In this document: positions 25,701 to 43,700 of the stretch, in pieces
Layout of the letters: each line of letters starts with the position of its first letter
Position numbering within the stretch: the stretch's first letter is position 1
Source of the DNA: Eledone cirrhosa
Lineage: Eukaryota
Reading direction: 5' to 3'
DNA: 64,000 bases
NCBI GenBank assembly: GCA_964016885.1
Contig: OZ024742.1
Span: 367,350,001 to 367,414,000 of the forward strand
Notes under the pieces: model-generated
Seen by the model: the letters and a program-made list of their open reading frames with translations, nothing else
Told to the model about the DNA's origin: nothing
Database searches by the model: none
Translations under genes and position numbers: made by a program

Positions 25701-28700
25701 ACCAGCAATATTATCAAACATACCTTCAACATTATCAAAACATACCACCAACATTATCAAACATATCAACATTATGAAACATACCATCAATATTACCAAA
25801 CATAACATCTACATTATCAAACATACCACCAACATTATCAAACATACCAGCAATATTATCAAACATACCATCAACATAATCAAACATATCATCAACATTA
25901 TCAAACATACCAGCAACATTATCAAGCATACCAGCAATATTATCAAACTTACCATCAACATTATCAAACATACCATCAACATTATCAAACATATCATCAA
26001 CATTATCAAACATACCAGCAACTTTATCAGAAATAACAGCAATATTATCAAACATACCATCAACATTATCAAATATACCACCAATATTATCAAACATATC
26101 ATCAACATTATCAAACATACCATCAATTTTATCAAACATATCATCAACATTATTAAACATACCATCAATATTACCAAACATACAATCAACATTATTAAAC
26201 ATACCAGCAACATTATCAAACATACCATCAACATTATCAAACATACCATCAATATTACCAAACATACCATCAACATTATCAAACATACGAGCAACATTAT
26301 CAAACATACCATCAATATTATCAAACATACCACCAATATTATCAAACATACCATCAACATTATCAAACATACCATCAACATTATCAAACATACCATCAAC
26401 ATTATCAAACATTCCAGCAATATTATCAAACATACCATCATCATTATCAAACATACCATCAACATTATCAAACACCATCATTATTATCAAACATACCATC
26501 AACATTATCAAACATACCATCAACATTATCAAACATACCATCAATATTATCAAACATACCACCAATATTATCAAACATACTACCAACATTATCAAACATA
26601 CCATCAATATTATCAAACATACCTTCAACATTATCAAATATACCATCAATATTATCAAACATACCATCAACATTACCAAACATACCAGCAACATTATCAA
26701 ACATACCCACAATATTATCAAACATACCTCCAACATTATCAAACATACCATCAACATTATCAAACATATCATCAACATTTTCAAACATACCAGCAACATT
26801 ATCAAACATACTAGCAATGTTATCAAACATACCTTCAACATTATCAAAACATACCACCAATATTAACAAACATACCTTCAACATTATCAAATATACCATC
26901 AATATTATCAAACATACCATAAACATTATCAAACATATCAACATTATGAAACACACCATCAATATTACCAAACATACCATCAACATTATCAAACATACCA
27001 CCAACATTATCAAACATACCATCAACATTATCAAACATACCATCAACATTATCAAACATACCACCAATATTATCAAACATACCAGCAATATTATCAAACA
27101 TATCATAAACATTATCAAACATCCCAGCAACATTATCAAACATACCATCAACATTATCAAACATACCATCAACATTATCAAACATACCATCAACATTACC
27201 AAACATACCATCAACATTATCTAATATACCATCAATATTATCAAACATACAATCAACATTACCAAACATACCAGCAACATTATCAAACATACCAGCAATA
27301 TTATCAAACATACCATCAACATTATCAAACATACCCACAATATCATCAAACATACCACCAACATTATCAAACATACCATCAATATTACCAAACATACCAT
27401 CAACATTATGAAACATACCATCAATATTACCAAACATACCATCAACATTATCAAACATACGAGCAACATTATCAAACATACCATCAACATTATCAAACTT
27501 ATCAAATTTCCATCAACATTATCAATCATATGATCCACATTATCAAATATAGCAGCAACATTATCAAACATACCAGCAATATTATCAAACATACCTTCAA
27601 CATTATCAAAACATACCACCAACATTATCAAACATATCAACATTATGAAACATACCATCAATATTACCAAACATAACATCTACATTATCAAACATACCAC
27701 CAACATTATCAAACATACCAGCAATATTATCAAAATTACCATCAACATAATCAAACATATCATCAACATTATCAAACATACCAGCAACATTATCAAGCAT
27801 ACCAGCAATATTATCAAACTTACCATCAACATTATCAAACATACCATCAACATTATCAAACATATCATCAACATTATCAAACATACCAGCAACTTTATCA
27901 GAAATAACAGCAATATTATCAAACATACCATCAACATTATCAAATATACCACCAATATTATCAAACATATCATCAACATTATCAAACATACCATCAATTT
28001 TATCAAACATATCATCAACATTATTAAACATACCATCAATATTACCAAACATACAATCAACATTATTAAACATACCAGCAACATTATCAAACATACCATC
28101 AACATTATCAAACATACCATCAATATTACCAAACATACCATCAACATTATCAAACATACGAGCAACATTATCAAACATACCATCAATATTATCAAACATA
28201 CCACCAATATTATCAAACATACCATCAACATTATCAAACATACCACCAACATTATCAAACATACCATCAACATTATCAAACATACCATCAACATTATCAA
28301 ACATTCCAGCAATATTATCAAACATACCATCATCATTATCAAACATACCATCAACATTATCAAACACCATCATTATTAGCAAACATACCATCAACATTAT
28401 CAAACATACCATCAACATTATCAAACATACCATCAATATTATCAAACATACCACCAATATTATCAAACATACTACCAACATTATCAAACATACCATCAAT
28501 ATTATCAAACATACCTTCAACATTATCAAATATACCATCAATATTATCAAACATACCATCAACATTACCAAACATACCAGCAACATTATCAAACATACCC
28601 ACAATATTATCAAACATACCTCCAACATTATCAAACATACCATCAACATTATCAAACATATCATCAACATTTTCAAACATACCAGCAACATTATCAAACA

Positions 28701-31700
28701 TACTAGCAATGTTATCAAACATACCTTCAACATTATCAAAACATACCACCAATATTATCAAACATACCATCAACATTATCAAACATACCATAAACATTAT
28801 CAAACATATCAACATTATGAAACACACCTTCAATATTACCAAACATACCATCAACATTATCAAACATACCACCAACATTATCAAACATACCATCAACATT
28901 ATCAAACATACCATCAACATTATCAAACATACCACCAATATTATCAAACATACCAGCAATATTATCAAACATATCATAAACATTATCAAACATCCCAGCA
29001 ACATTATCACACATACCATCAACATTATCAAACATACCATCAACATTATCAAACATACCATCAACATTACCAAACATACCATCAACATTATCTAATATAC
29101 CATCAATATTATCAAGCATACCAGCAATATTATCAAACTTACCATCAACATTATCAAACATACCATCAACATTATCAAACATATCATCAACATTATCAAA
29201 CATACCAGCAACTTTATCAGAAATAACAGCAATATTATCAAACATACCATCAACATTATCAAATATACCACCAATATTATCAAACATACCATCAACATTA
29301 TCAAACATACCCACAATATTATCAAACATACCACCATTATCAAACATACCATCAATATTATCAAACATATCAAAATTATGAAACATACCATCAATATTAC
29401 CAAACATACCATCAACATTATCAAACATACGAGCAACATTATCAAACATACCATCAACATTATCAAACTTATCAAACTTTCCATCAACATTATCAATCAT
29501 ATGATCCACATTATCAAATATACCAGCAACATTATCAAACATACCAGCAATATTATCAAACATACCTTCAACATTATCAAAACATACCACCAACATTATC
29601 AAACATATCAACATTATGAAACATACCATCAATATTACCAAACATAACATCTACATTATCAAACATACCACCAACATTATCAAACATACCAGCAATATTA
29701 TCAAACATACCATCAACATAATCAAACATATCATCAACATTATCAAACATACCAGCAACATTATCAAGCATACCAGCAATATTATCAAACTTACCATCAA
29801 CATTATCAAACATACCATCAACATTATCAAACATATCATCAACATTATCAAACATACCAGCAACTTTATCAGAAATACCAGCAATATTATCAAACATACC
29901 ATCAACATTATCAAATATACCACCAATATTATCAAACATATCATCAACATTATCAAACATACCATCAATTTTATCAAACATATCATCAACATTATTAAAC
30001 ATACCATCAATATTACCTAACATACCATCAACATTATTAAACATACCAGCAACATTATCAAACATACCATCAACATTATCAAACATACCAGCAACATTAT
30101 TAAACATACCAGCAACATTATCAAACATACCATCAACATTATCAAACATACCATCAATATTACCAAAAATACCATCAACATTATCAAACATACCATCAAC
30201 ATTATCAAACATACCACCAACAGTGTCAAACACATCAGCAATATTATCAAACATACCATCAATATTATCAAACATACCATCAACATTATCAAACATACCA
30301 TCAACATTATCAAACATATCATCAACATTATCAAACATACCATCAATATTACCAAACATACCATCAACATTATCAAACATACGAGCAACATTATCAAACA
30401 TACCATCAACATTATCAAACATACCAGCAACATGATCAAACATACCACCAATATTATCAAACATACCATCCACATTATCAAACATACCATCAACATTATC
30501 AAACATTCCAGCAATATTATCAAACATACCATCATCATTATCAAACATACCATCAACATTATCAAACACCATCAATATTATCAAACATACCATCAACATT
30601 ATCAAACATACCATCAACATTATCAAACACCATCAATATTATCAAACATACCATCAATATTATCAAACATACCACCAATATTATCAAACATACCATCAAC
30701 ATTATCAAACATACCAGCAATATTATCAAACATATCTTCAACATTATCAAACATACCATCAACACTATCAAACATACCACCAATATTATCAAACATAGCA
30801 TCAACATTATCAAACATACGATCAACATTATCAAACGTACCATCTATATTATCAAACATACCACCTATATTATCAAACATACCACCAACATTATCAAACA
30901 TACCATCAACATTATCAAACACACCATCAACATTATCAAACATACCATCAATATTATCAAACATACCAGCAATATTATCAAACATACCATCATCATTATC
31001 AAACATACCATCAACATTATCAAACATAACAGCAATATTATCAAACATTCCACCAACATTATCAAACATACCACCAACATTATCAAACATACCATCAACA
31101 TTATCAAACATACCATCAACATTATCAAACATACCAGCAATATTATCAACCATATCATCAACATTATCAAACATACCATATATATTATCAAACATACCAT
31201 CAACATTGTCAACCATACCAACAACATTATCAAACATAGCATCAACATTATCAAACATACCGTCAATATTAACAAAATACCATCATCATTATCAAACATA
31301 CCATCAACATTATCAAACACCATCAATATTATCAAACATACCATCAACATTCTCAAACATACCATCAATATTATCAAACATACCACCAATATTATCAAAC
31401 ATACCATCAACATTATCAAACATACCACCAACATTATCAAACATAACATCAACATTATCAAACATACCATCAACATTATCAAACATTCCAGCAATATTAT
31501 CAAACATACCATCATCATTATCAAACATACCATCAACATTATCAAACATACCATCAACATTATCAAACATACCATCAATATTATCAAACATACCACCAAT
31601 ATTATCAAACATACTACCAACATTATCAAACATACCATCAATATTATCAAACATACCTTCAACATTATCAAATATACCATCAATATTATCAAACATACCA

Positions 31701-34700
31701 TCAACATTACCAAACATACCAGCAACATTATCAAACATACCAGCAATATTATCAAACATGCCATCAACATTATCAAACATACCCACAATATTATCAAACA
31801 TACCTCCAACATTATCAAACATACCATCAACATTATCAAACATATCATCAACATTTTCAAACATACCAGCAACATTATCAAACATACTAGCAATGTTATC
31901 AAACATACCTTCAACATTATCAAAACATACCACCAATATTAACAAACATACCTTCAACATTATCAAATATACCATCAATATTATCAAACATACCATAAAC
32001 ATTATCAAACATATCAACATTATGAAACACACCATCAATATTACCAAACATACCATCAACATTATCAAACATACCACCAACATTATCAAACATACCATCA
32101 ACATTATCAAACATACCATCAACATTATCAAACATACCACCAATATTATCAAACATACCAGCAATATTATCAAACATACGAGCAACATTATCAAACATCC
32201 CAGCAACATTATCAAACATACCATCAACATTATCAAACATACCATCAACATTATCAAACATACCATCAACATTACCAAACATACCATCAACATTATCTAA
32301 TATACCATCAATATTATCAAACATACAATCAACATTACCAAACATACCAGCAACATTATCAAACATACCAGCAATATTATCAAACATACCATCAACATTA
32401 TCAAACATACCCACAATATTATCAAACATACCACCAACATTATCAAACATACCATCAATATTACCAAACATACCATCAACATTATGAAACATACCATCAA
32501 TATTACCAAACATACCATCAACATTATCAAACATACGAGCAACATTATCAAACATACCATCAACATTATCAAACTTATCAAACTTTCCATCAACATTATC
32601 AATCATATGATCCACATTATCAAATATAGCAGCAACATTATCAAACATACCAGCAATATTATCAAACATACCTTCAACATTATCAAAACATACCACCAAC
32701 ATTATCAAACATATCAACATTATGAAACATACCATCAATATTACCAAACATAACATCTACATTATCAAACATACCACCAACATTATCAAACATACCAGCA
32801 ATATTATCAAACATACCATCAACATAATCAAACATATCATCAACATTATCAAACATACCAGCAACATTATCAAGCATACCAGCAATATTATCAAACTTAC
32901 CATCAACATTATCAAACATACCATCAACATTATCAAACATATCATCAACATTATCAAACATACCAGCAACTTTATCAGAAATACCAGCAATATTATCAAA
33001 CATACCATCAACATTATCAAATATACCACCAATATTATCAAACATATCATCAACATTATCAAACATACCATCAATTTTATCAAACATATCATCAACATTA
33101 TTAAACATACCATCAATATTACCAAACATACCATCAACATTATTAAACATACCAGCAACATTATCAAACATACCATCAACATTATCAAACATACCATCAA
33201 TATTACCAAACATACCATCAACATTATCAAACATACGAGCAACATTATCAAACATACCATCAATATTATCAAACATACCACCAATATTATCAAACATACC
33301 ATCAACATTATCAAACATACCACCAACATTATCAAACATACCATCAACATTATCAAACATACCATCAACATTATCAAACATTCCAGCAATATTATCAAAC
33401 ATACCATCATCATTATCAAACATACCATCAACATTATCAAACACCATCATTATTATCAAACATACCATCAACATTATCAAACATACCATCAACATTATCA
33501 AACATACCATCAATATTATCAAACATACCACCAATATTATCAAACATACTACCAACATTATCAAACATACCATCAATATTATCAAACATACCTTCAACAT
33601 TATCAAATATACCATCAATATTATCAAACATACCATCAACATTACCAAACATACCAGCAACATTATCAAACATACCCACAATATTATCAAACATACCTCC
33701 AACATTATCAAACATACCATCAACATTATCAAACATATCATCAACATTTTCAAACATACCAGCAACATTATCAAACATACTAGCAATGTTATCAAACATA
33801 CCTTCAACATTATCAAAACATACCACCAATATTATCAAACATACCATCAACATTATCAAACATACCATAAACATTATCAAACATATCAACATTATGAAAC
33901 ACACCTTCAATATTACCAAACATACCATCAACATTATCAAACATACCACCAACATTATCAAACATGCCATCAACATTATCAAACATACCATCAACATTAT
34001 CAAACATACCACCAATATTATCAAACATACCAGCAATATTATCAAACATATCATAAACATTATCAAACATCCCAGCAACATTATCACACATACCATCAAC
34101 ATTATCAAACATACCATCAACATTATCAAACATACCATCAACATTACCAATCATACCATCAACATTATCTAATATACCATCAATATTATCAAACATACAA
34201 TCAACATTACCAAACATACCAGCAACATTATCAAACATACCAGCAATATTATCAAACATACCATCAACATTATCAAACATACCCACAATATTATCAAACA
34301 TACCACCAACATTATCAAACATACCATCAATATTATCAAACATATCAAAATTATGAAACATACCATCAATATTACCAAACATACCATCAACATTATCAAA
34401 CATACGAGCAACATTATCAAACATACCATCAACATTATCAAACTTATCAAACTTTCCATCAACATTATCAATCATATGATCCACATTATCAAATATACCA
34501 GCAACATTATCAAACATACCAGCAATATTATCAAACATACCTTCAACATTATCAAAACATACCACCAACATTATCAAACATATCAACATTATGAAACATA
34601 CCATCAATATTACCAAACATAACATCTACATTATCAAACATATCACCAACATTATCAAACATACCAGCAATATTATCAAACATACCATCAACATAATCAA

Positions 34701-37700
34701 ACATATCATCAACATTATCAAACATACCAGCAACATTATCAAGCATACCAGCAATATTATCAAACTTACCATCAACATTATCAAACATACCATCAACATT
34801 ATCAAACATATCATCAACATTATCAAACATACCAGCAACTTTATCAATAATACCAGCAATATTATCAAACATACCATCAACATTATCAAATATACCACCA
34901 ATATTATGAAACATATCATCAACATTATCAAACATACCATCAATTTTATCAAACATATCATCAACATTATTAAACATACCATCAATATTACCTAACATAC
35001 CATCAACATTATTAAACATACCAGCAACATTATCAAACATACCATCAACATTATCAAACATACCAGCAACATTATTAAACATACCAGCAACATTATCAAA
35101 CATACCATCAACATAATCAAACATACCACCAACAGTATCAAACACATCAGCAATATTATCAAACATACCATCAATATTATCAAACATACCATCAATATTA
35201 TCAAACATACCATCAACATTATCAAACATACCATCAACATTATCAAACATATCATCAACATTATCAAACATACCATCAATATTACCAAACATACCATCAA
35301 CATTATCAAACATACGAGCAACATTATCAAACATACCATCAACATTATCAAACATACCAGCAACATGATCAAACATACCACCAATATTATCAAACATACC
35401 ATCAACATTATCAAACATACCATCAACATTATCAAACATACCATCTATATTATCAAACATACCATAAACATTATCAAACATACCATCAACATTATCAAAC
35501 ATACCATCAATATTATCAAACATACCATCAACATTATCAAACATATCATCAACATTATCAAACATAGCATCAATATTACCAAACATACCATCAAAATTAT
35601 CAAACATACGAGCAATATTATCATACATACCATCAACATTATCAAACATACCAGCAACATTATCAAACATACCACCAATATTATCAAACATACCATCAAC
35701 ATTATCAAACATACCAGCAACATTATCAAACATAGCATCAACATTATCAAACATACCAGCATTATTATCAAACATATCATCAACATTATCAAACATACCA
35801 TCTATATTATCAAACATACCATAAACATTATCAAACATACCAGCAATATTATCAAACTTACCATCAACAGTATCAAACATACCATCAACATTATCAAATA
35901 TATCTTCAACATTATCAAACATACCATCAACATTATCAAACATACCATCAACATTATCAAACACCATCAATATTATCAAACATACCATCAATATTATCAA
36001 ACATACCACCAATATTATCAAACATACCATCAACATTATCAAACATACCACCAATATTATCAAACATAGCATCAACATTATCAAACATACGATCAACATT
36101 ATCAAACGTACCATCTATATTATCAAATATACCATAAACATCATCAGACATACCACCAACATTATCAAACATACCATCAACATTATCAAACTTATCAAAC
36201 TTTCCATCAACATTATCAATCATATGATCCACATTATCAAATATACCAGCAACATTATCAAAACATACCACCAACATTATCAAACATATCAACATTATGA
36301 AACATACCATCAATATTACCAAACATAACATCTACATTATCAAACATACCACCAACATTATCAAACATATCATCAACATTATCAAACATACCAGCAACAT
36401 TATCAAATATACCACCAATATTATCAAACATATCATCAACATTATCAAACATACCATCAATTTTATCAAACATATCATCAACATTATTAAACATACCATC
36501 AATATTACCAAACATACCATCAACATTATTAAACATACCAGCAACATTATCAAACATACCATCAACATTATCAAACATACCATCAATATTACCAAACATA
36601 CCATCAACATTATCAAACATACGAGCAACATTATCAAACATACCATCAACATTATCAAACATACCAGCAACATTATTAAACATACCAGCAACATTATCAA
36701 ACATACCATCAACATTATCAAACATACCATCAATATAACCAAAAATACCATCAACATTATCAAACATACCATCAACATTATCAAACATACCACCAACAGT
36801 GTCAAACACATCAGCAATATTATCAAACATACCATCAATATTATCAAACATACCATCAACATTATCAAACATACCATCAACATTATCAAACATATCATCA
36901 ACATTATCAAACATACCATCAATATTACCAAACATACCATGAACATTATCAAACATACGAGCAACATTATCAAACATACCATCAACATTATCAAACATAC
37001 CAGCAACATGATCAAATATACAACCAATATTATCAAACATACCATCAACATTATCAAACATACCATCAACATTATCAAACATAGCATCAATATTAACAAA
37101 CATACCATAAACATTATCAAACATACGAGCAACATTATCAAACATACCACCAATATTATCAAACATACCATCAACATTATCAAACATACCAGCAACATTA
37201 TCAAACATACCACCAATATTATCAAACATACCATCAACATTATCAAACATACCAGGAACATTATCAAACATACCATCAACATTATCAAACATACCAGCAA
37301 TATTATCAAACATATCATCAACATTATCAAACATACCATCTATATTATCAAACATACCATAAACATTATCAAACATACCAGCAATATTATCAAACTTACA
37401 ATCAACAGTATCAAACATACCATCAACATTATCAAACATATCTTCAACATTATCAAACATACCATCAACATTATCAAACATACCATCAACATTATCAAAC
37501 ACCATCAATATTATCAAACATACCATCAATATTATCAAACATACCACCAATATTATCAAACATACCATCAACATTATCAAACATACCACCAATATTATCA
37601 AACATAGCATCAACATTATCAAACATACCATCAACATTATCAAACATATCATCAACATTATCAAACATACCATCAACATTATCAAACACCATCAATATTA

Positions 37701-40700
37701 TCAAACATACCATCAACATTATCAAACATATCATCAACATTATCAAACATACCATCAATATTATCAAACATACCACCAATATTATCAAACATACCACCAA
37801 CATTATCAAATATACCATCAATATTATCAAACATACATTCAACATTATCAAATATACCATCAATATTATCAAACATACCAACAACATTACCAAACATACA
37901 GGCAACATTATCAAACATACCAGCAATATTATCAAACATACCATCAACATTATCAAACATACCATCAACATTATCAAACATATCATCAACATTTTCAAAC
38001 ATACCAGCAACATTATCAAACATACCAGCAATGTTATCAAACATACCTTCAACATTATCAAAACATACCACCAATATTATAAAACATACCATCAACATTA
38101 TCAAACATACCATAAACATTATCAAACATATCAACATTATGAAACATACCATCAATATTACCAAACATACCATCAACATTATCAAACATACTACCAACAT
38201 TATCAAACATACCAGCAACATTATCAAGCATACCAGCAATATTATCAAACTTACCATCAACATTATCAATCATACCATCAACATTATCAAACATATCATC
38301 AACATTATCAGACATACCAGCAACTTTATCAGAAATACCAGCAATATTATCAAACATACCATCAAAATTATCAAATATACCACCAATATTATCAAACATA
38401 CCGTCAACATTATCAAACATATCATCAACATTATCAAGCATACCATCTATATTATCACACATACCATCAACATTATCAAACATACCAGCAACATTATCAA
38501 ACATACCATCAACATTATCAAACATATCTTCAACATTATCAAACATACCATCATCATTATCAAACATACCATCAACATTATCAAACACCATCAATATTAT
38601 CAAACATACCATCAATATTATCAAACATACCACCAATATTATCAAACATACCATCAACATTATCAAACATACCAGCAAGATTATCAAACATATCATCAAC
38701 ATTATCAAACATACCATCAACATTATCAAACATACCACCAATATTATCAAACATAGCATCAACATTATCAAACATATGATCAACATTATCAAACATACCA
38801 TCAATATTATCAAACATACCATCAACATTATCAAACATAACATCAATATTATCAAACATACCAGCAATATTATCAAACATACCATCAACATTATCAAACA
38901 TACCATCAACATTAACAAACATACCAGCAATATTATCAAATATACCCACAATATTATCAAACATACCACCAACATTATCAAACATACCATCAACATTATC
39001 AAATATTCCAGCAATATTATCAAACATAGCATCATCATTATCAAACATACCATCAACATTATCAAACATATAGTCAACATTATCAAACATACCATCAACA
39101 TTATCAAACATAGCATCAATATTAACAAACATACCATAAACATTATCAAACATACGAGCAACATTATCAAACATACCACCAATATTATCAAACATACCAT
39201 CAACATTATCAAACATACCAGCAACATTATCAAACATACCACCAATATTATCAAACATACCATCAACATTATCAAACATACCAGGAACATTATCAAACAT
39301 ACCATCAACATTATCAAACATACCAGCAATATTATCAAACATATCATCAACATTATCAAACATACCATCTATATTATCAAACATACCATAAACATTATCA
39401 AACATACCAGCAATATTATCAAACTTACAATCAACAGTATCAAACATACCATCAACATTATCAAACATATCTTCAACATTATCAAACATACCATCAACAT
39501 TATCAAACATACCATCAACATTATCAAACACCATCAATATTATCAAACATACCATCAATATTATCAAACATACCACCAATATTATCAAACATACCATCAA
39601 CATTATCAAACATACCACCAATATTATCAAACATAGCATCAACATTATCAAACATACCATCAACATTATCAAACATATCATCAACATTATCAAACATACC
39701 ATCAACATTATCAAACACCATCAATATTATCAAACATACCATCAACATTATCAAACATACCATCAACATTATCAAACATACCATCAATATTATCAAACAT
39801 ACCACCAATATTATCAAACATACCACCAACATTATCAAATATACCATCAATATTATCAAACATACATTCAACATTATCAAATATACCATCAATATTATCA
39901 AACATACCATCAACATTACCAAACATACCAGCAACATTATCAAACATACCAGCAATATTATCAAACATACCATCAACATTATCAAACATACCATCAACAT
40001 TATCAAACATATCATAAACATTTTCAAACATACCAGCAACATTATCAAACATACCAGCAATGTTATCAAACATACCTTCAACATTATCAAAACATACCAC
40101 CAATATTATAAAACATACCATCAACATTATCAAACATACCATAAACATTATCAAACATATCAACATTATGAAACATACCATCAATATTACCAAACATACC
40201 ATCAACATTATCAAACATACTACCAACATTATCAAACATACCAGCAACATTATCAAGCATACCAGCAATATTATCAAACTTACCATCAACATTATCAATC
40301 ATACCATCAACATTATCAAACATATCATCAACATTATCAAACATACCAGCAACTTTATCAGAAATACCAGCAATATTATCAAACATACCATCAAAATTAT
40401 CAAATATACCACCAATATTATCAACCATACCGTCAACATCATCAAACATATCATCAACATTATCAAGCATACCATCTATATTATCACACATACCATCAAC
40501 ATTATCAAACATACCAGCAACATTATCAAACATACCATCATCATTATCAAACATACCATCAACATTATCAAACACCATCAATATTATCAAACATACCATC
40601 AATATTATCAAACATACCACCAATATTATCAAACATACCATCAACATTATCAAACATACCAGCAAGATTATCAAACATATCATCAACATTATCAAACATA

Positions 40701-43700
40701 CCATCAACATTATCAAACATACCACCAATATTATCAAACATAGCATCAACATTATCAAACATATGATCAACATTATCAAACATACCATCAATATTATCAA
40801 ACATACCATCAACATTATCAAACATAACATCAATATTATCAAACATACCAGCAATATTATCAAACATACCATCAACATTATCAAACATACCATCAACATT
40901 AACAAACATACCAGCAATATTATCAAATATACCCACAATATTATCAAACATACCACCAACATTATCAAACATACCATCAACATTATCAAACATTCCAGCA
41001 ATATTATCAAACATAGCATCATCATTATCAAACATACCATCAACATTATCAAACATATAGTCAACATTATCAAACATACCATCAACATTATCAAACATAC
41101 CATCAATATTATCAAACATACCACCAATATTATCAAACATACCACCAACATTATCAAACATACCATCAATATTATCAAACATACCTTCTACATTATCAAA
41201 TATATCATGAATATTATCAAACATACCACCAATATTACCAAACATACCAGCAACATTATCAAACATACCAGCAATATTATCAAACATACCATGAACATTA
41301 TCAAACATACCCACAATATTATCAAACATACCACCAACATTAACAAACATACCATCAATATTATCAAACATACCACCAATATTATCAAACATACCATCAA
41401 TATTACCAAAAATACCATCATCATTATCAAACACCATCAATATTATCAAACATACCATCAACATTATCAAACATACCATCAACATTATCAAACACCATTA
41501 ATATTATCGAACATACCATCAACATTATCAAACACCATCAATATTATCAAGCATATAGTCAACATTATCAAACATACCATCAACATTATCAAACATACCA
41601 TCAATATTATCAAACATACCACCAATATTATCAAACATACCACCAACATTATCAAACATACCATCAATATTATCAAACATACCTTCAACATTATCAAATA
41701 TACCATCAATATTATCAAACATACCACCAATATTATCAAACATACCACCAACATTATCAAACATACCATCAACGTTATCAAACACACCATCAACATTATC
41801 AGACATACCATCAATATTATCAAACATACCAGCAATATTATCAAACATACCATCAACATTATCAAACATACCATCAACATTAACAAACATACCAACAATA
41901 TTATCAAATATACCATAAACATTATCAAGCATACCATCAACATTATCAAACATACCATCAACATTATCAAACATACCATCAACATTATCAAACATAACAG
42001 CAATATTATCAAACATACCACCAACATTATCAAACATACCACCAACATTATCAAACATACCATCAACATTATCAAACATAACTTCAACATTATCAAACAT
42101 ACCATCAACATTATCAAACATAGCATCAACATTATCAAACATACCGTCAATATTAACAAAATACCATCATCATTATCAAACATACCATCAACATTATCGA
42201 ACACCATCAATATTATCAAACATACCATCAACATTATCAAACATACCATCAATATTATCAAACATACCACCAATATTATCAAACATACCATCAATATTAC
42301 CAAAAATACCATCAACATTATCAAACATACCACCAACATTATCAAACATACCATCAACATTATCAAACATACCATCAACATTATCAAACATTCCAGCAAT
42401 ATTATCAAACATACCATCTTCATTATCAAACATACCATCAACATTATCAAACACCATCAATATTATCAAACATACCATCAACATTATCAAACATGCCATC
42501 AACATTATCAAACACCATCAATATTATCAAAGATACCATCAATATTATCAAACATACCACCAATATAATCAAACATACCATCAACATTATCAAACATACC
42601 AGCAATATTATCAAACATATCAACAACATTATCAAACATACCATCAACATTATCAAACATTCCAGCAATGTTATCAAACATACCATCATCATTATCAAAC
42701 ATACGTTCAACATTATCAAACACCATCAATATTATCAAACATACCAGCAACTTTATCAGAAATACCAGCAATATTATCAAACATACCATCAAAATTATCA
42801 AATATACCACCAATATTATCAAACATACCATTAACATTATCAAACATACCATCAATTTTATCAAACATATCATCAACATTATCAAACATACCAGCAATAT
42901 TATCAAACATACCACTAACATTATCAAACATACCAGCAATATTATCAAACATATCATCAATATTAACCAAAATACCATCAACATTATCAAACATACCACC
43001 AACATTATCAAACATACCATCAACATTATTAAACATATCATCAACATTCTCAAACATTCCAGCAATATTATCAAACATACCATCATCATTATCAAACATA
43101 CCATCAACATTATCAAACACCATCAATATTATCAAACACCATCAATATAATCAAACATACCATCAATATTATCAAACATACCACTAATATTATCAAACAT
43201 ACCATCAACATTATCAAACATACCAGCAATATTATCAAACATATCATCAACATTATCAAACATACCATCAACATTATCAAACACACCACCAATATTATCA
43301 AACATAGCATCAACATTATCAAACATACGATCAACATTATCAAACGTACCATCTATATTAATAAACATACCACCAATATTATCAAACATACCACCAACAT
43401 TATCAAACATACCATCAACATTATCAAACACACCATCAACATTATCAAACATACCATCAATATTATCAAACATACAAGCAATATTATCAAACATACCATC
43501 AACATTATCAAACATACCATCAACATTATCAAACATACCAGCAATATTATCAAATATACCATAACATTATCAAACATACCATCAACATTATCAAACATAA
43601 CTTCAACATTATCAAACATACCATCAACATTATCAAACATACCATCAACATTATCAAACATACCACAAATATTCTCAAACATAGCAGCAATATTATCAAA